Assembly: GCA_022820645.1 (NCBI GenBank)
Contig: JAJEFD010000018.1
Coordinates: forward strand, 95,252-159,251
Origin: Dehalococcoidia bacterium
GTDB taxonomy: Bacteria; Chloroflexota; Dehalococcoidia; Lucifugimonadales; Australimonadaceae
Direction: 5' to 3'
Length of the DNA: 64,000 bases
The notes beneath the pieces are model-generated. The model was not told the DNA's origin and did no database searches. It was given only the letters and a program-made list of their open reading frames with translations. The position numbers were made by a program, and so were the translations under genes. How positions within the stretch are numbered: the stretch's first letter is position 1; each line of letters opens with the position of its first letter. Shown piece by piece: positions 45,254 to 52,724 of this stretch.

Positions 45254-47347
45254 TTGCCGCCTGAACTGACCGGACGACTCGACTTCTGGAACATCGGTTA
45301 TCCGCTGGGGGCGATCGTCTACCTCACCGCCCCCATCGCGCTGGCCGCCATCGCATGGGCGCTCTGGCAGCGCTCGCGCTACTGGCGGCTCGGCAAGCCG
45401 AACCCGGACGCCGGGCCGTGGCGGACGCGGCTCGCCGGCGGGCTCCGCACGCTGTTCGTCGACTCCATAGGCCACCGCCGCTTCGTCCGCAACGAGCGGT
45501 ACCCCGGCGCGATGCACTTCCTCATCTTCTGGGGCATCGTCATCCTGTTCATCGCCACGACGCTCGACGCCGTCGAGTTCAACGCAGAGCAGTACCTCGG
45601 CTGGCACGTGCCGACCCGCGACATCGGGGTGCAGCTCGAGCTGATATGGGACATTGGCGGCGTCATGCTCATCGCGGGCATAGCGCTCGCCGCGTGGCGG
45701 CGGTACGTCGCGCGTCCGCCACGGCTCAACACCATGCTGGAGAACAACGTGCTGCTCGCCCTGCTGCTGGCGAGCGCGCTCTCCGGCTTCGTCCTGCAGT
45801 CGCTCCGCATGGCGGCGACGGAGCTGGAGCCGTCGAGCGACCTCTACAGCGTGGCGTCGGCGTACTGGTCGCCGTTCTCCTACGTCATCGCTGTGGCCAT
45901 CCGCGCGGTGGGGTTCACGGTCTACGCGATGGAGGTCTCGCACTTCGCGCTCTGGTGGGCGCACGCCGGGCTGATGTCCGCGACGTTCGTCTACGCCGCG
46001 TGGCGGTTCGGGCCGCTCATGCACATCTTCGTCAGCCCGCTCAACCTCGTGATGCGCTCCTCAGTGACGCGGCCCAAGGGCGCGCTCCGCCCGATGGGCG
46101 ACCTCGATACGCTGGAGGTGTTCGGGGCGCGGGAGATCACGCATCTCACGTCCAAGCAGCTTCTCGACTACGACGCCTGCACCAACTGCGGGCGGTGCCA
46201 GGACCAGTGCCCCGCGTGGCGCAGCGGCAAGCCGCTCTCGCCTCGCAAGCTGGTGCAGGACGCGAAGGCCTACATGGAGTCGCGAGCGCCGGTGCTGCTG
46301 GCGCAGGGCCCGGACGCCGAGCCGCTCCCACCGGAGGCCGACCTCGTACACGGTGCGATAACGACCGACGTGCTGTGGTCGTGCACCACCTGCCGCGCGT
46401 GCATGGAGGCGTGCCCCGCGTTCGTCGAGCACATCGACTCCATCGTGGACATGCGCCGCTTCCTGGCGATGGAGGAGGCCGACGTGCCGGAAGGGGCGAT
46501 GAACGCGCTAACCTCGATGGAGCAGCGCGGGCACCCGTGGCGCGGCACACAGGCCACGCGCACCGACTGGATGGAGGGCGCAGACGCCGTCGCGATGAGC
46601 GACGACCCGGAGCACGACGTGCTGCTGTGGGTCGGCTGCACCGCTGCGCTCGACGGGCGCGGGCAGCAGGTCGCACGAGCGATGGCGTCGGTGCTGAAGC
46701 TCGCGGGAGTACGGTACCGGGTGCTCGGGAGCGAGGAGACGTGCACCGGCGACCCCGCCCGCCGCATGGGGAACGAGTACCTCTTCCAGATGATGGCAGA
46801 GCAGAACATCGAGACGCTGAATGGCTACGAGGTGCGGCGGATCGTGACGCTCTGCCCGCACTGCTTCAACACGCTCAAGAACGAGTACCCGCAGTTCGGA
46901 GGGGAGTTCGAGGTGACGCACTACACCGAGTTCGTCGCGGGGCTGATCCGTGACGGGCGCATCCGGCCCGCGAAGGCCGTGCCGCTATCGGTCGCCTACC
47001 ACGACTCGTGCTACCTGGGGCGCCACAACGACATCTACGAGGCGCCGCGGGAGATCGCGCGGGCCATCCCCGGGCTGGAGCTCGTGGAGATGGGAGAGGG
47101 GCGCTGCCGGGAGCGCGGCTTCTGCTGCGGCGCAGGCGGCGGGCGCATGTGGATGGAGGAGCAGGGCACCCGCGTCAACCACATCCGCACCGACCACTTC
47201 CTCGACACCGGCGCGGACGCCGTCGGGGTCTCGTGCCCGTTCTGCCTCCAGATGATGGAGGAGGGCATCGGCGCGAAGGGGCAGGAGGACAGCAAGTCCG
47301 CCAGGGACCTGCTGGAGCTGCTCGCGGAGAGCCTCGGCGAGGCGTAG
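45254..47347 (+). CDS. membrane-anchored HdrD/GlpC-like iron-sulfur oxidoreductase (two 4Fe-4S motifs plus two CCG domains)
   Basis: Downstream part of ORF 44714..47347. The track ORF's N-terminus runs antisense across tRNA-Ser and is not credible. The start is uncertain. I propose the TTG at 45254 after GAGG. About 6 TM helices, then CTNCGRCQDQCP, CTTCRACMEACP, CPHC and CCG motifs (FCCGAGGG). Confidence 0.75.
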   Translation: MPPELTGRLDFWNIGYPLGAIVYLTAPIALAAIAWALWQRSRYWRLGKPNPDAGPWRTRLAGGLRTLFVDSIGHRRFVRNERYPGAMHFLIFWGIVILFIATTLDAVEFNAEQYLGWHVPTRDIGVQLELIWDIGGVMLIAGIALAAWRRYVARPPRLNTMLENNVLLALLLASALSGFVLQSLRMAATELEPSSDLYSVASAYWSPFSYVIAVAIRAVGFTVYAMEVSHFALWWAHAGLMSATFVYAAWRFGPLMHIFVSPLNLVMRSSVTRPKGALRPMGDLDTLEVFGAREITHLTSKQLLDYDACTNCGRCQDQCPAWRSGKPLSPRKLVQDAKAYMESRAPVLLAQGPDAEPLPPEADLVHGAITTDVLWSCTTCRACMEACPAFVEHIDSIVDMRRFLAMEEADVPEGAMNALTSMEQRGHPWRGTQATRTDWMEGADAVAMSDDPEHDVLLWVGCTAALDGRGQQVARAMASVLKLAGVRYRVLGSEETCTGDPARRMGNEYLFQMMAEQNIETLNGYEVRRIVTLCPHCFNTLKNEYPQFGGEFEVTHYTEFVAGLIRDGRIRPAKAVPLSVAYHDSCYLGRHNDIYEAPREIARAIPGLELVEMGEGRCRERGFCCGAGGGRMWMEEQGTRVNHIRTDHFLDTGADAVGVSCPFCLQMMEEGIGAKGQEDSKSARDLLELLAESLGEA

Positions 47348-47431
47348 GCCCTACCGGGCGTTCCCCGAGAGATTCCTCGACTGCGCCTCCGGCTACGCTC
47401 GGAATGACAGGCAGGGGCGCGTAGGGCCTAC
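47344..47431. terminator. bidirectional terminator-like inverted repeat enclosing a family-1 intergenic repeat
   Basis: Perfect 11-bp arms GTAGGCCCTAC (47344-47354) and GTAGGGCCTAC (47421-47431), each containing the stop codon of one of the convergent genes. Repeat element at 47363-47409. There is no U-tract. Confidence 0.45.
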
Positions 47432-48261
47432 TCGTCGTCCTCGGGGAGGTCGGGGAGGAGGGCGTCGTCGAAGATGCCGATGCCCGCGCCGACGGCGGCG
47501 AGTTCCGGCGAGTCGTCGAGGAGCGACAGCGGCACCTCCGGCACGTTGACCGGCGTCGTGTCCGGCGCTTCGAGGGCGTCGAGCGCTGGGACGAGCGGCT
47601 CCTCGACGGGCTTCGGTTGCGCCGGGAACGAGACCTTGGAGCGCTGGCTCGGGTGCTGGTATGCCTCGCGCAGCACGACGCGCACCGCGCCGGACGCCGT
47701 GCCGGAGACCGCGCCCTCGTAGCGGTTGCCGCCCGAGATGAGGCAGAGCAGGCGGCGCGCCATGTTCGGGGGCACGAGGCCGAGGCAGTTGCCGTCCGGG
47801 TCCATGACGCCGAGGGTGGCGCCGTTCGCCTCCAGCGTCACGGGGGCGCCGGGCGAGGAGTTGCCCGCGCCGGTCGAGGCCAGCAGCGTTACGTCGGCGC
47901 TCTTGCCGTGGTCCGCGATGAACATCCGGGGCTTGAGCGTGCCGCCGTTGCCGTTGCCGGAGCGGCGGGCCGATGCACTCTCGGCCTCGGCCATCAGCCG
48001 GTCGACGTTCTTGATGGCGATGGGGTTGTCGGGGCTGAACACGAGCGCTCGGCGGAAGGCGTCGAGCGCCGCGCCGAATTCACCAAGCTCGGTGAGCGCC
48101 TTGCCGAGGCGGTTCATCGCCTCGACGTTATCGGGCGCGGCTTCCAGTATCTCGCGGTTGAGCCGGGCGGCCTCCGCCCACTCCCCGTTCATCGCCAGGC
48201 GCACTGCTGTGCGGGACTGCTCCTTCAACAACCGGACATGCTCCTCTTCACGGTAAATCAT
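47428..48261 (-). CDS. TPR-repeat protein with an unknown C-terminal domain and an acidic tail
   Basis: ATG at 48261 follows GGGAGA within ORF 47428..48291. TPR-like helices (WAEAARLNREILEAAPDNVEAMNRLGKALTELGEFGAALDAFRRAL). Confidence 0.65.
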   Translation of the reverse strand: MIYREEEHVRLLKEQSRTAVRLAMNGEWAEAARLNREILEAAPDNVEAMNRLGKALTELGEFGAALDAFRRALVFSPDNPIAIKNVDRLMAEAESASARRSGNGNGGTLKPRMFIADHGKSADVTLLASTGAGNSSPGAPVTLEANGATLGVMDPDGNCLGLVPPNMARRLLCLISGGNRYEGAVSGTASGAVRVVLREAYQHPSQRSKVSFPAQPKPVEEPLVPALDALEAPDTTPVNVPEVPLSLLDDSPELAAVGAGIGIFDDALLPDLPEDDE

Positions 48262-48318
48262 GACGACGTCTCCCGTCGCCAGCGCACGCACCCCCTCTTG
48301 TGGCGGCGTCTCTGTTGC

Positions 48319-48719
48319 TTACGAACCGCTCATCAGGCGGTGCTCGATGGCCATGCACTTGTCCATGACGACGCGCAGGCCCGCGGCTTCCGCCTTTGCT
48401 CCAGCCTCGCCGTGGGATATCCCCAGTTGCATCCACACGGCGGAGGCTCCTATGCGGATGGCCCCGTCCACAACGGGCGGCACATCCACCGCTCTCCTGA
48501 ATATGTCACCACGTCGACGTGCTCCGGCACGTCCTCCAACCTGGCGTACGGCTGCTCGCCGAGCACCGGTCCGGTCAGTTTCGGGTTCACCGGGATGATC
48601 CGGTAACCGTGCTCCTGCATGTACCTCGCGACCCCGTGCGACGGACGGTCCGGCCTGTCGGACAGGCCGACAACGGCGATGACCTTGCTCTCGCGCAGTA
48701 TCTGCTCCGCCGTGTCCAC
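48319..48719 (-). pseudogene. CoA-binding domain protein (YccU/YneT-like) interrupted by a 1-nt frameshift
   Basis: The N-terminal 71 codons are in the frame of ORF 48450..48719 (KVIAVVGLSDRPDRPS...IIPVNP...VPEHVDVV). The family continues in the frame of ORF 48319..48864 (DIFRRAVDVPPVVDGAIRIGASAVWMQLGI...VVMDKC). The switch is near 48507, within GTGGTGACATATTC. Confidence 0.75.
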
Positions 48720-49173
48720 GGGCCGCTTCCCTCCGTACCCTGAAATGATGAGACGCTAGATTGGCGTTCCGTGCGCCCAGCGTCAAGCGCATTCGTGGGG
48801 AGATTACGCGGGTTTTCGGGGCGGCGGCGTGAGCAAGGTGTGCAATGCGGGCTGAAATCTGCACATCTTGTTAGTCGGGTTACGAGTGAATCGTATGATC
48901 GATCTGAGCATCTTGAGCACCTTGCGATGGCGTCCGGCAGGCCACGGCCTGCTTCCCGCGATGGTTGAACAAGGTGTGCATTGTTTTGAAAAGTTCGAGG
49001 CTGCATGGGGTGTCTCATTCCGTTGCATGGCTCACCGCGGGTAGTCATGCAGACATGGTAGGGAGGAGTGCGTCGGTCGCGCAACGGGCGAGTGTCAGAG
49101 ATCCCACATTGATGTTCATTACCGCGCAGGCGGAACCGACGGTGCGACTCAGTGAGCCGCCCAAAGCAGTACA

Positions 49174-49208
49174 GGGGGGTGCGCCAGGAGGACTTCGGCG
49201 CACCCCCC
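49174..49208. terminator. perfect 12-bp GC-rich hairpin downstream of the minus-strand small-protein genes
   Basis: GGGGGGTGCGCC - 11-nt loop - GGCGCACCCCCC, about 35 nt past the stop at 49241. No clear U-tract on either strand. Confidence 0.45.
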
Positions 49209-49240
49209 TTACAAGAGGGGGCCAGTTCAGTCAGCGTTGG

Positions 49241-49423
49241 TCAGCCGAGCGTCCCGATCTCTTCCGCCTGCTTGTCACTCACGATCCTGATGACCTTGCT
49301 GGACGGGTCCTCCGCCGCTACACCGCGGACTGCCTTCCGTCCGTTCTTCAGGGTCACCAACTCCGGGTCCTTGATGGCCACCATCTTCTTCAGCTTCACC
49401 GAGTAGGCCGTCAGATCTACCAT
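49241..49423 (-). CDS. small basic protein, apparently a Cys-less relative of the DUF5679-type zinc-ribbon family
   Basis: 60 aa from the ATG at 49423, preceded by TAAGGAGGAGAGC. YSVKLKKMVAIKDPELVTLKNGRKAVRGVAAEDPSSKVIRI aligns, as I recall the family, to YCVKCK...V.MKNGR.A..G.CP.CGT..FRI, with all four Cys replaced. Confidence 0.6.
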   Translation of the reverse strand: MVDLTAYSVKLKKMVAIKDPELVTLKNGRKAVRGVAAEDPSSKVIRIVSDKQAEEIGTLG

Positions 49424-49436
49424 GCTCTCCTCCTTA

Positions 49437-49742
49437 CTATTGGGTTTCCTGCGTATCCAGATCCACCAGGAAGCTGGCATCGTCCGGGTCGAGGTCGACG
49501 AGCACTGCATTGAACTCAGCGTCCGCCTCCTCGGGGTCGAGCTGGTGCTCCGCCGCGTTGGCCGCGATAGCCGCGAAGTTGAGCAGCTCATCCAGTTCGA
49601 GCCCGCGCGACTCCGGGTAGAGCGGCGTCACGAAGCCTCCGTCGGCCGTCCGCTCCCGGCAGTCCACGCACTTCTCGTCGCATACTCCGCAGTCCAACGT
49701 ATGGTCTGCGTCGATGCGCTCTGGTTCGCCGTACCACTTCAT
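49437..49742 (-). CDS. hypothetical highly acidic protein with an N-terminal CxxCxxxCxxC cluster
   Basis: 101 aa. ATG follows GGGGAGG. DCGVCDEKCVDC, then an Asp/Glu-rich tail. 13 nt upstream of the next gene. Confidence 0.65.
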   Translation of the reverse strand: MKWYGEPERIDADHTLDCGVCDEKCVDCRERTADGGFVTPLYPESRGLELDELLNFAAIAANAAEHQLDPEEADAEFNAVLVDLDPDDASFLVDLDTQETQ

Positions 49743-49812
49743 CGCACACCTCCCCGTTCCATACGGCAGCCGCCATTCGTACTGCGGCCGCCGTATGGCC
49801 GTTGCTGGCCGA

Positions 49813-52092
49813 TCAGGAGCACTCCATCGCGGCGCGGAGGCTCTTCAGGTTGTCGCGCATCAGGCCGAGGTAGTCGCCGTGCTCGTCCAGTTCAGCCTGG
49901 GTAACGCTCTCTATCGAGTGGATCTTGTAGATGCCGGCCCCTGTCTCGCTGGCGAGCGACCGTTCGTTCTCACCGGAGAGCACGGGCTCGAGCAGCACTG
50001 CCGTGATGCCGAGTTCCTTGATGCGGTCGGCGATGCTCGCGAGGCGCTGCGGGGACGGCTCTGCTTCCGGGGAGAGGCCGGCGATCCCCACTTGTTCCAG
50101 GTCGTAGGCCAGCGCCAGATAGCCGTATGCAGAGTGAGACGTGACGAACTCGCGGTGGGCGCACGAGCTGAGGCCCGCCTCGAACTCGGCGTGCAGCGCC
50201 CGGAGATCTGCCGCGAGCGCGGCCAGGTTCGTCCGGTAGGTGTCCGCGCCATCGGGGTCCGCCTCGATCAGCGCTTCGGCGATGCGTTCCGCCTGGGTGA
50301 TGGCGCGCAGCGGGTCCAGCCAGAAGTGCGGGTCGAACTCCCCATGTCCGTGGTCGTCCTCTTCCCCGTGTCCATGGTCGTCCTCGTCCTCGTGGCCATG
50401 CTCGTCCTCGTGACCGGCTGCGGGGGCGTCGGACCCCTCCATGATGCCGACGAAGGCGATACCGGTCGGCGAACCGCCGACGTCCCAGACCTCCTCCACC
50501 TCGAGGTGTTCGAGATCGAGGGAGATGACCTCGCCGTGTTCGGGGTTCGTGAGGAACATCGTCTCGCCGACGATGATGAGACGGGGCCGGCCCTCACCCG
50601 GTTCCATGACGTGGATGTGCGTGATCTCGTCGCCGTCGTGGGCGTCGAGCACGTGCAGTTCGCCTTCGGCGGTCAGCAGGTAGAGGCGCTCGCCGTGCGC
50701 GCCGACACCACCGGACGCGATGGGCTCGGCGAACACCTGCCGGAACTCGCCCGACTCCGGATCGATCAGCCAGATGCCGTCGTCGGCGAAGCCCTGCCCG
50801 TCGAAGTAGGAGGCGCGACCGAAGAAGTGGTGCAGGTCGTGGTGCCCGAAGAAAGAGCCGATGCGCGAGTCCTCACGCATGCCGGGCGGGTTGTCGATGA
50901 ACTCGTGGCGGTAGCTGCCGCCGTCCGGGTACAGGAAGAGCACGCCGCCAACGCAGCCGAAGATGGCCCCTTCTTCGTTGTGGGTCTCGCCGTGCATGCC
51001 GGGGCAGGAGCCGTTGCTGGCGTCATAGACGACCTCGTCGTCGAAGGTACGGACCTCAACACCGACGGGGAGGGTGCTTTCCGTTTTCTCGGGATAGTCG
51101 GGGTTTACGGTGGTCACAACGATGTGGTCGGGCGAGATCGCCAGGGCAGCGCCGTGCTGCGTGTCGCCGGTCTCGAACAAGATCGGCTGGTAGTCGCCCT
51201 GTGTGCCGGTGATCTCCTCCTCGTTGTAGAAGTAGGCGTGGCCGTGAGCGTCAGCGAACACTGCCGTCCAGCCGTAGGTGTTGACGAAGTGGATCGGCCG
51301 TTCATCCGTCACCACAGAGGGGTGGCGCGAGACGGGCTCACGTACGAGGTCGAAGTGGTCGCCGTGCTCGACGAGGTAGACGCCGCCGTCGAAGAGGTGG
51401 ATGCCGTCATCGGCGTCTCCCGGGCCGCGGGCGAGGACGAAGGCGTAGCGGTGGGTTGGGCTGGGGTATATGGCGGCCGGCGGGGCACCGATGTCGAAGG
51501 CGCCGGCGTCGAGTTCCTCTGTTGAGAGATCGAGAACCGAGAGGTGCTGCGCCTCGAGGTCCGCGATGAGCAGGCGCCCGTCGAAGGATGCCTCTTCTCC
51601 GTGGCCGTGCTCGCCCTCTTCCGCTTCCATGTGCCCGTGCTCGTCCTCGTGGCCGTGACCGTCTTCTTCGAACGGCAGTGCCCCCTCGGCTGCTGCAGCC
51701 TCGACCACGATACCGGAGAGGTCGTTGCCCAGGGACTCGAGCGCGCGCTCCAGCCAGGGCAACAGGCTGAGGCCGTTTATCGCTACGACGTCGGCCTCGG
51801 CGATCGTGAGGAGGTCACTCGCCGTGAGTTCGAACGAGTGGGCCTCGACGCCGGGGTGCACGATGGTCTCGACGTTCACGCGGTCGCCGCCGATGCGCTT
51901 GGCGAAGTACTGCATGGGGTAGATGCTCGCCACCACGCTCAGCGGCTCGGAGGCCACCTCGGTGGGAGTAGCCGTTGCGACGGCTGGAACAGACGTCGCG
52001 GTGGGCTCGGGATCCTCCGAGCAAGCGACGACCGCCATCGCCATGAGCGCGGCGATGAACAACAGACGCGAACTAATGAGATGAAGTCTCAT
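49813..52092 (-). CDS. ZnuA/TroA-family metal-binding lipoprotein with a ~390-aa propeller-like domain inserted in the His-rich loop
   Basis: ATG at 52092 follows GGAGG (track ORF begins at 52110). Lipobox MAMAVVAC. SBP N-lobe (VVASIYPMQYFAKRIGGD...GVEAHSFE) and C-lobe (DPHFWLDP, FVTSHSAYGYLA, ITAVLLEP). Between the lobes are two His/Asp/Glu tracts flanking residues ~175-562 (nt ~50425-51588). Confidence 0.85.
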   Translation of the reverse strand: MRLHLISSRLLFIAALMAMAVVACSEDPEPTATSVPAVATATPTEVASEPLSVVASIYPMQYFAKRIGGDRVNVETIVHPGVEAHSFELTASDLLTIAEADVVAINGLSLLPWLERALESLGNDLSGIVVEAAAAEGALPFEEDGHGHEDEHGHMEAEEGEHGHGEEASFDGRLLIADLEAQHLSVLDLSTEELDAGAFDIGAPPAAIYPSPTHRYAFVLARGPGDADDGIHLFDGGVYLVEHGDHFDLVREPVSRHPSVVTDERPIHFVNTYGWTAVFADAHGHAYFYNEEEITGTQGDYQPILFETGDTQHGAALAISPDHIVVTTVNPDYPEKTESTLPVGVEVRTFDDEVVYDASNGSCPGMHGETHNEEGAIFGCVGGVLFLYPDGGSYRHEFIDNPPGMREDSRIGSFFGHHDLHHFFGRASYFDGQGFADDGIWLIDPESGEFRQVFAEPIASGGVGAHGERLYLLTAEGELHVLDAHDGDEITHIHVMEPGEGRPRLIIVGETMFLTNPEHGEVISLDLEHLEVEEVWDVGGSPTGIAFVGIMEGSDAPAAGHEDEHGHEDEDDHGHGEEDDHGHGEFDPHFWLDPLRAITQAERIAEALIEADPDGADTYRTNLAALAADLRALHAEFEAGLSSCAHREFVTSHSAYGYLALAYDLEQVGIAGLSPEAEPSPQRLASIADRIKELGITAVLLEPVLSGENERSLASETGAGIYKIHSIESVTQAELDEHGDYLGLMRDNLKSLRAAMECS

Positions 52093-52125
52093 ACGTGGTA
52101 CCTCCAGCAACTATCCGTTGGGGTT

Positions 52126-52626
52126 TCAATGTGAATGCACGCGGGCCCTGTGCACGTGGATGTCTCCGCCGCCCTGATCGCTCTCCCGGCAGACAGCGCA
52201 GCGGTGGTACAGCTCCAGCCGGTGCCCGACGAGTTCGCCCTCCACGTGGGACCTCATGGCGCGGAGCATCCGTTCGATGGAAGGATGGCGGAACTCCTCG
52301 ATGCGTTCGCAGACGACACAGACGAGGTGATGGTGGTGGTGTGCCTCGTCCAGCGAGTAGCGCGGCGAACCATCCGGCATGGTGGTCTTGCAGAGGACAC
52401 CCGCCTCCCCGAGCAGGCGCAGGGTGCGGTAGACGGTCGCCCGGCCCAGGGTCGGCAACGCGGCTACGATCTCCTCGGCGCTGAACGAGTCATTCCGCCG
52501 AGCGAGCATCCTCGCCAGTTGACGGCGCGGCCAGGTCATGCGGCTGCCATGCTCCTCCAACGCCGCAAGGATGTTGGACTCGGTCTGCATGACCGCGCTG
52601 GCCGATTTCGTCGAGGCCGTCGCCAT
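52126..52626 (-). CDS. zur: Fur-family metalloregulator (Zur-like)
   Basis: 166 aa. wHTH (GRATVYRTLRLLGEAGVL), a HHHHH run, and CVVCERIEE ... CAVC structural-zinc pairs. It sits directly upstream of the ZnuA-type gene. The Zur assignment is by context only. Confidence 0.8.
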   Translation of the reverse strand: MATASTKSASAVMQTESNILAALEEHGSRMTWPRRQLARMLARRNDSFSAEEIVAALPTLGRATVYRTLRLLGEAGVLCKTTMPDGSPRYSLDEAHHHHHLVCVVCERIEEFRHPSIERMLRAMRSHVEGELVGHRLELYHRCAVCRESDQGGGDIHVHRARVHSH

Positions 52627-52633
52627 GACTCAG

Positions 52634-52672
52634 ACGGTAGCGATGCCTTTGCACACTGTCAATACTTAGTAT
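52634..52672 (-). promoter_or_regulatory. candidate promoter (TTGACA-17-TACCGT) giving a near-leaderless zur mRNA, with an adjacent AT-rich 5-1-5 palindrome
   Basis: On the minus strand: TTGACA (52662-52657), a 17-nt spacer, TACCGT (52639-52634), then 7 nt to the ATG at 52626. There is no SD. The palindrome ATACTtAGTAT (52662-52672) abuts the -35 element. Confidence 0.3.
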
Positions 52673-52724
52673 CAATAATGACCAGGAATGATACCACTGC
52701 CTGTCGTTCCGCAGGCGAAGGGTA

